Virus record (IMG/VR): IMGVR_UViG_3300018422_000112
Location: 1-50,187 of that record
DNA from: a virus
Taxonomy: Duplodnaviria; Caudoviricetes
Length of the DNA: 50,187 bases
Direction: 5' to 3' (one strand)
Under the pieces are notes generated by a model that saw nothing but the letters and a program-made list of their open reading frames with translations, had not been told where the DNA came from and did not search any database. The position numbers were made by a program, and so were the translations under genes. Of the stretch, positions 45,421 through 50,187 are shown piece by piece (position 1 is the first letter of the stretch; every line of letters begins with the position of its first letter).

Positions 45421-45744
45421 ATGCATGACACCAGCAACCCCCTAGCGCAGATCGCATGGACGATCCTCGCGAGCTTCGCGGGGGCGTTGACGGCGCTATC
45501 GTTCAGGCCCTTTCGAAACATGACCCGAGGGGAGATATCCCTCGCCCTGACCGTGGGGGCGACTTTCGCGATCTTCGTCGGCCCCTGGGTTGCGCAAATG
45601 ATCTACGGCAACGGCCCCGTCGATATCCGGGTCCTCGGCGGGATTTTCTACCTGATGGCCTCGGGATCGAACATTCTCGTTCCTCTGGCGATTAAGAAGC
45701 TCAGCTCCCTCGTCGGGGTCAAGGCTGAGGAGAACGAGCGATGA
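45421..45744 (+). CDS. Holin-like three-TM protein
   Basis: Three hydrophobic helices, charged C-terminus, post-tail position. Confidence 0.7.
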   Translation: MHDTSNPLAQIAWTILASFAGALTALSFRPFRNMTRGEISLALTVGATFAIFVGPWVAQMIYGNGPVDIRVLGGIFYLMASGSNILVPLAIKKLSSLVGVKAEENER

Positions 45745-46043
45745 CCTGGCCAATCCTGAATATGCTGTGCAGCCTCACCGTGGCTGTGATCATCGGCTAC
45801 AAGCTCTTCTGCCGGCCGCAAGCTTTCACGCTTATGGAGCGCATTGGAATGGGCGTGCTCGGCGCGGGGATGATCCTGACGGTTGGTCCGATCATGTCAA
45901 CGACGCCAACTCCCTTCGAGGACTGGAGCGGGACCCTGCTACGCCTCGGGTGCGCGGTCTACTTTCTCGGCCGGCTGATGAAGCACCGACATAACAACGC
46001 CGCTGCGGTGAGGCAGGCTCGCCGTCATCTGGAGAGCAAGTGA
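45741..46043 (+). CDS. Second holin/antiholin-like three-TM protein
   Basis: Three TM segments, basic tail, ATGA coupling. Confidence 0.6.
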   Translation: MTWPILNMLCSLTVAVIIGYKLFCRPQAFTLMERIGMGVLGAGMILTVGPIMSTTPTPFEDWSGTLLRLGCAVYFLGRLMKHRHNNAAAVRQARRHLESK

Positions 46044-46044
46044 C

Positions 46045-46368
46045 ATGACCCGCGCCGAGGCCGTGAGCGGTCAAAAGCCGATGTCGAAGGTCGCGAACCT
46101 CACTTTGCGCCAAGCCGACAAAGCGGTGAAAAACTATCTCCGCCGCCAGCCCTACACGGAGGAGGGCCTTAAGCGAATCCCCTGCCGGCAATGCGGCGCC
46201 CCGTCCGAACATCAATGGCATCTGCGGCCATGCGCGATCGGGCGATACGCCTGGTACGGCCTCTGCAAGGAACACGACCTCGAGCTGAACCGCATCGTCA
46301 TGGAGTTCATGAAGGTGGACGGCCGGGAACGGCTTCTGTCCGAATATGCTGAAAGGGACGCTGCATGA
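46045..46368 (+). CDS. Hypothetical Zn-binding protein
   Basis: CRQC...C...LCKEH. Confidence 0.6.
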   Translation: MTRAEAVSGQKPMSKVANLTLRQADKAVKNYLRRQPYTEEGLKRIPCRQCGAPSEHQWHLRPCAIGRYAWYGLCKEHDLELNRIVMEFMKVDGRERLLSEYAERDAA

Positions 46369-46562
46369 GCTACCCAACGGATACGGCGCTCATCTTCGCT
46401 CTGACACGATCGAGGGGGTTTCGTGTCGGGATATTGCTTGCCGTGGTCGCCGTGTTTCTGGCGATCGGGGTCGTTGCAATCGGCCTGCCGAGCTAGTCCA
46501 GAGTGGGATAGTCCGAAACATTCCGTCGAAAAGTCGGTTGCTATCTAGTTATGCTGCAGGCC

Positions 46563-46955
46563 CTAGAACGGGCAGCGGCCGATAGGCGTCACGTTGTCAC
46601 GCGTGGCGGGCATCGCTTTCAGCCTCGCCAGCGCGTCTGCATCGCACTCGGGGCAGTATGACGTGCCGACGCCTTTCCATGTGCCGCAGTCGCATACGGG
46701 GCTGGCATGGAAAGCGTCCCGCGCCTCCTCGTCCTCGACCTCGCGATCAACCGTATCGTAGGCGTCCAGTAGCTTCTCAGCCTCGGCCATGCACCTGGTG
46801 GCTTCCTCGCCCTCGCTGTCGAGGAGGCGACGCATGACATCGCGGAATTCGGCGAGCGTGGTTTCCAGAATGTAGATCGCCACGTCGCGCGGATCGAACG
46901 GGCCGCTGCCGTCTCCATCGCCATATTCAGGGGCTGTTTTCAGGGCTGCTGACAT
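46563..46955 (-). CDS. Hypothetical protein with C-terminal Zn ribbon
   Basis: CDCG...CPEC. Confidence 0.55.
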   Translation of the reverse strand: MSAALKTAPEYGDGDGSGPFDPRDVAIYILETTLAEFRDVMRRLLDSEGEEATRCMAEAEKLLDAYDTVDREVEDEEARDAFHASPVCDCGTWKGVGTSYCPECDADALARLKAMPATRDNVTPIGRCPF

Positions 46956-47282
46956 GATTCGATCCTAGTCGTTTTCGGCTGAAATGCCAGCTTTTCCTTG
47001 CGATTCGTGGGCATCCTGCTACCAGTAGTTCATGGTTGCGGCGGCGGCATCGCCATCAGAGCGAGACGATAGATCACCCGTCGCGGCCTGTAAAAAGGAG
47101 AATGCGCGATGCCGTGGTTTCCAGACTTTGACGACTGACATGATCGGCGACCGCAACTTCGACGACATCCGCGACCTGTAGCGACCTGTAAAGCGAGTTA
47201 ACACGCCTGCGACCTCATGTTCGAAAATCCCCAAGACCCTAACACACATCCCCTCTGGCATAGAGGGGTAGTGTCGATGGGG

Positions 47283-47477
47283 TTAGGCGGGGGGATCGTC
47301 CAGCGGTTTCCAGTGCGTCGGGCGCATCGGCCATCCTCCAGGTTCGGATCGCCACTCGCCAAGTCGCTCGTTCCAAGCTCCGGTGATCACCGGGTAGCGG
47401 GCCTTCGGATAATTGGTGCCGAGCAGCTTCCGCTTCTTGTCCTTCAGCGCCGTCGAGATTGGCTGCCAGTCGCTCAC
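47283..47477 (-). CDS. DUF551-like protein
   Basis: WQPISTA...PTHWKPL. Confidence 0.7.
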   Translation of the reverse strand: MSDWQPISTALKDKKRKLLGTNYPKARYPVITGAWNERLGEWRSEPGGWPMRPTHWKPLDDPPA

Positions 47478-47752
47478 TTTCCGTCTCCAGGTTCAGCCGT
47501 CGCCATGCCGGGAGGATCGGGAAGCGGCATCCAATGCGTGGGAGGAGCCCGCCCTGGCTGATTGCATATGAGCCACCGGCCCTTTCCCTCTTGGTTCCAG
47601 CTCCCGCCTTCATCGCGATCCGGGAGCCATCGAGCGAACGCAACGTCTCTTAGACCGCGCCACCCTGCTATAATCTCATGGCGCCAGACCCAGATGTTCG
47701 CGTCAGGCGGGTACTTCTTCTTCGGCGCAGTTTCAATTGGCAACCAGTCCAT
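47474..47752 (-). CDS. DUF551-like protein
   Basis: WLPIETAPK...PTHWMPLPDPP. Confidence 0.75.
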   Translation of the reverse strand: MDWLPIETAPKKKYPPDANIWVWRHEIIAGWRGLRDVAFARWLPDRDEGGSWNQEGKGRWLICNQPGRAPPTHWMPLPDPPGMATAEPGDGK

Positions 47753-47794
47753 TCCTCATCCTCTCTTCACCCTGGGTAAGCCGTGCAGATTATG

Positions 47795-47883
47795 GGCGCA
47801 TCCGCTGCGCGGACCGCGTGCTATGGCTTCGCCACGGAGCCAGCTTCGCCGTCTCCGCCCATTCGGGTAACGCCCGCTTGCGC
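47795..47883 (+). repeat. Structured element E13
   Basis: TCCGCTGCGCGGA, TGGCTTCGCCA, CGGAGCC..GTCTCCG; closing stem GCGCA/TGCGC. Confidence 0.85.
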
Positions 47884-48174
47884 GTCGGCGCGGCCAAAGC
47901 TCTTCGCCTCCATGTAGGTGTGGACCAGCTCGCTCATGATCATGTCGTCGTCGTACTCGGGCGGCGCGTAGATATTCCAAACTCTCTCCGGCGTCCGAAA
48001 GGGATGGAGATTATAGCGAAAGCGCTGTATCTGAATCGTCTCTTCCACGACAGGCTCTTTGGAGATGCTGGTGAGCGGTGGCGTGACCGCGAGAAGATGA
48101 TATTCGTGAGCGGGCAAGTTCGAACATCGCCCCGCCCATGGCCCATCTATGAAGTAGCAGTTTTCCATCGTCAT
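47821..48174 (-). CDS. Cargo gene between E14 and E13
   Basis: AGGAG RBS at the inner edge of E14; FIDGPWAG motif. Confidence 0.6.
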   Translation of the reverse strand: MTMENCYFIDGPWAGRCSNLPAHEYHLLAVTPPLTSISKEPVVEETIQIQRFRYNLHPFRTPERVWNIYAPPEYDDDMIMSELVHTYMEAKSFGRADAQAGVTRMGGDGEAGSVAKP

Positions 48175-48182
48175 TCTCCTAT

Positions 48183-48266
48183 GCGAAATGCGATACCCAC
48201 CCGTGAGGGCGGAGACAACGAAGATTGGCTCCGTTCATGGGTAGCGCGGTGCCGAAGGCATTCGCC
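48183..48266 (-). repeat. Structured element E14
   Basis: TGCCTTCGGCA, GCGCTACCCA/TGGGTATCGC, CGGAGCC..GTCTCCG; closing stem GCGAA/TTCGC. Confidence 0.85.
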
Positions 48267-48543
48267 CGGCAACGTGGCCCGCTTGCGCTTCGAGCAACTC
48301 AGCCGCTTCGCCTAGCGTCGTCGCGCTAATGCGGTATTCTGGAGAGCGAAGCTGCGTCAAGAGTTCCAGCGGGACGGGTCTCGCTATGGAGCGCCGAGCG
48401 AGCCGTTCGACCAAGTCGCCGGCAATGGTGTATTTCGCCCAACGCTCTTTTGTGCCGAATGCCGCCGCCGAGATACGCGCCACCTCTGTTCGCAGTTGAT
48501 CGAACAGCGCCTCGGTCGATTCCAGTGAGGCCGCAGCGGCCAT
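48235..48543 (-). CDS. Hypothetical phage protein
   Basis: AGGAGG RBS. Confidence 0.55.
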   Translation of the reverse strand: MAAAASLESTEALFDQLRTEVARISAAAFGTKERWAKYTIAGDLVERLARRSIARPVPLELLTQLRSPEYRISATTLGEAAELLEAQAGHVAGRMPSAPRYP

Positions 48544-48606
48544 GTTAGTCCTCCTATGCGACAGTTGATTGAAGCCTTTGGTCGAGACGGGAAGGGGTCA
48601 TGCCTC

Positions 48607-48828
48607 TCACAGCTTCTCCATCTCGCGTTCGAGCCAAGCGATGTCCTCAGCGAGCACGTCGATCAGGCGGCGGTCACCCGCGATGCAGCCTTGGAGAATA
48701 TCAATCCCGTTGCTGGTCAGGCTGCCGCTGCATCCTTCGAGCCGCTTCAGCCGTTCGATGACGTGCTCGCGGTCCGCGATATACTCGTCGCGCAAATCAC
48801 CAATCTGCTCCCTGGCACTTTTCGTCAT
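48607..48828 (-). CDS. Small coiled-coil hypothetical protein
   Basis: ATGA-coupled ORF. Confidence 0.5.
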   Translation of the reverse strand: MTKSAREQIGDLRDEYIADREHVIERLKRLEGCSGSLTSNGIDILQGCIAGDRRLIDVLAEDIAWLEREMEKL

Positions 48829-49439
48829 CGTGAGCTCCCTTCCGGAATGTTAAGTCTCTCTATCTCTGCCAGCAATTCTGGCGCGCGCTCGAACCATTCG
48901 CCGTGGAGGCGGTGCGCGGCAAAGCGCCGGTGATAGTCGCGCTCCGTCAGCACGTCGCCAACGCGAATGGCGAGTAGACGAAGACGGAAAGGTGAAGCAG
49001 TCTGGAGGGCTGTTAGTCGAGACTTTGGCGACGCGGATATTCCGATTTTGATGGGCCCATCGTCCGCTCCGATGAAATAGATGCGGGTAGGGCAGCCTGC
49101 CTCAGAGAGGGTTTCACTGGCGGCGGTCCAGAGAGCGCGCTTGACCCGCGGGCGCGGTGTAGAGTCGCGAGACCATGGCGGTCTCGGCGCCTGCCGATCG
49201 AAAGCATACTGGAAACGGGCATAGGACATCGGCGTAGCGCAGAACAGAACTTCCGGCCGTTTTGGGGTGCCGTCCGGTTCAAAAAAGCCATCGCGAATGT
49301 AGGGGCGCATGAAGACAGGAACCCTCTCCCAAGAGCCATCATCTTCCTTGACCAGTGCATCCAGCCAGCCTTCCTCTGTGACCGGAAACTGAGCATAATC
49401 GATTTCTCTGGTCCGCACTTGGTCCGCAGAATCGTTCAC
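48825..49439 (-). CDS. GIY-YIG family (T5orf172/Mug113-like) protein
   Basis: IYFIG...IKIGIS..PKSRL..LQT...E...H...GEWF; GTG start with GGAG RBS inferred. Confidence 0.85.
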   Translation of the reverse strand: MNDSADQVRTREIDYAQFPVTEEGWLDALVKEDDGSWERVPVFMRPYIRDGFFEPDGTPKRPEVLFCATPMSYARFQYAFDRQAPRPPWSRDSTPRPRVKRALWTAASETLSEAGCPTRIYFIGADDGPIKIGISASPKSRLTALQTASPFRLRLLAIRVGDVLTERDYHRRFAAHRLHGEWFERAPELLAEIERLNIPEGSSR

Positions 49440-49473
49440 GTTCCCGCTCCATTCACGTTTTCGGATGGTCCGT
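49409..49473 (+). promoter_or_regulatory. Putative integrase arm-type sites
   Basis: TGGTCCGC at 49409 and 49420; TGGTCCGT at 49466. Confidence 0.65.
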
Positions 49474-49511
49474 TCCGCAGCGATTGCGCAGTGCGATGAC
49501 GGCAAACCGAA

Positions 49512-49558
49512 CGTTTACACCGAGAGGGTCGGCGGTTCGAGCCCGTCAGCGCCCACCA
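49512..49558 (+). repeat. attR: 3' half of tRNA-Val(TAC) (anticodon loop, T-arm, acceptor, CCA)
   Basis: CGTTTACACCGAGAGGGTCGGCGGTTCGAGCCCGTCAGCGCCCACCA; no D-arm or 5' acceptor strand upstream. Confidence 0.9.
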
Positions 49559-49602
49559 GCCTTCGCTAAAGCTACGGCTGGCAAGCCGGCGCGTGCTTTG
49601 GC

Positions 49603-50187
49603 TCACAGGCTGCGGATCAGCTTCACGGCCACCGCCGCCCAGGGGGGATCGGCGACGACCGCCTGGCGCTGGCCCGCGCCGAGCGGGAGGAGGTGGAGCT
49701 TTCCCCCGGGCTGCCCCGGGGCAGGCTCCTCGCGGCCGATCAACCGGCCGAACAGGAAGCGGTCGCCCGGACGCGGCACCAGGACGTCGCGGTTAAGCAC
49801 GCCGGCATAGCCCGCGGGATCGACGCGATGGAGCCAGATCTCGTCGCCGCTACGATAGTCGCCGATCCCCGATGCCACGGTCATCGCGACCAGGCCGGGA
49901 GCGGCCGAAGGCGGGATCGCCACGCCTTCGCGCCGCGGCGCGTGAGCGCCGTCATGATCGAGCGTCGCGGCGACCGGGATGTCCTGGCGGTCCGGCAAGG
50001 TGACGAGCTCCGCGGCATCGACGCCCAACGCCTTGGCGATCCGGTTCAGCCAGCCGACCGAGACCGTACGGATGCCGGTTTCCAGCCGTCCGATCGTCTG
50101 CGGCGTGGTCGGGGGGTCGCAGCGGTCGGCGACGTCCTGGAGGGTCATCTTGCGAGCGCGGCGCACGGCGCGGATGCGGGTGATCAT
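49603..50187 (-). CDS. Host XRE-family transcriptional regulator
   Basis: MTLQDVADRC..TTPQTIGRLETG; outside attR. Confidence 0.85.
   Translation of the reverse strand: MITRIRAVRRARKMTLQDVADRCDPPTTPQTIGRLETGIRTVSVGWLNRIAKALGVDAAELVTLPDRQDIPVAATLDHDGAHAPRREGVAIPPSAAPGLVAMTVASGIGDYRSGDEIWLHRVDPAGYAGVLNRDVLVPRPGDRFLFGRLIGREEPAPGQPGGKLHLLPLGAGQRQAVVADPPWAAVAVKLIRSL

Larger units (their letters stand above)
1..49558. mobile_element. Temperate podovirus-like prophage integrated in tRNA-Val(TAC); attL lies outside the window, left of base 1
   Basis: Integrase at the left end, cI/cro switch, terminase-portal-scaffold-capsid-tail-ejection gene order, duplicated tRNA 3' half at the right end followed by a host-type gene. 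Confidence 0.95.

Noticed and set aside
43080-46500. BPP-1-type diversity-generating retroelement
   Set aside because: No reverse transcriptase and no TR/VR pair seen near the tailspike
49483-49558. Intact tRNA-Val gene
   Set aside because: Only the 3' half is present; upstream bases cannot form the D-arm or pair with the acceptor stem
49556-49581. CCAGCC/GGCTGG hairpin after the tRNA fragment
   Set aside because: Host-side post-tRNA palindrome lacking the element layout and a U-tract; not enough to call

Overview
Nearly the whole window (1 to ~49558) is a temperate podovirus-type prophage with BPP-1/epsilon15-like head and tail genes, in a high-GC alphaproteobacterial host (Sphingomonadaceae is an inference). 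It runs from the integrase through a leftward early operon (QueD-like and TGT/DpdA-like genes, HNH, Lar, SSB, ERF, many small ORFs), the cI/cro switch with five 15-bp operators, a rightward early operon (two orphan MTases, RusA, two DnaA domain IV proteins, replication genes with an internal origin), terminase, head, tail and ejection genes, a tailspike, two holin-like genes and no recognisable endolysin. It ends at the 3' half of tRNA-Val(TAC) (attR), followed by a host XRE regulator. The main unexplained signal is a family of at least 14 dispersed ~80-100-bp elements. They diverge in sequence but share a multi-branched fold, with compensatory changes and C-GNA-G triloops. I found them only in accessory regions and on both strands, often as inward-facing pairs around different cargo genes, and they are read through as protein. 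This suggests an ssDNA-structure-based gene-cassette system. The second highlight is a TGT/DpdA-like gene next to queD that needs a +1 shift at ATG-TTT-CGA to reach its putative catalytic Asp. All calls are from motifs and gene order read by eye; no database searches were run.
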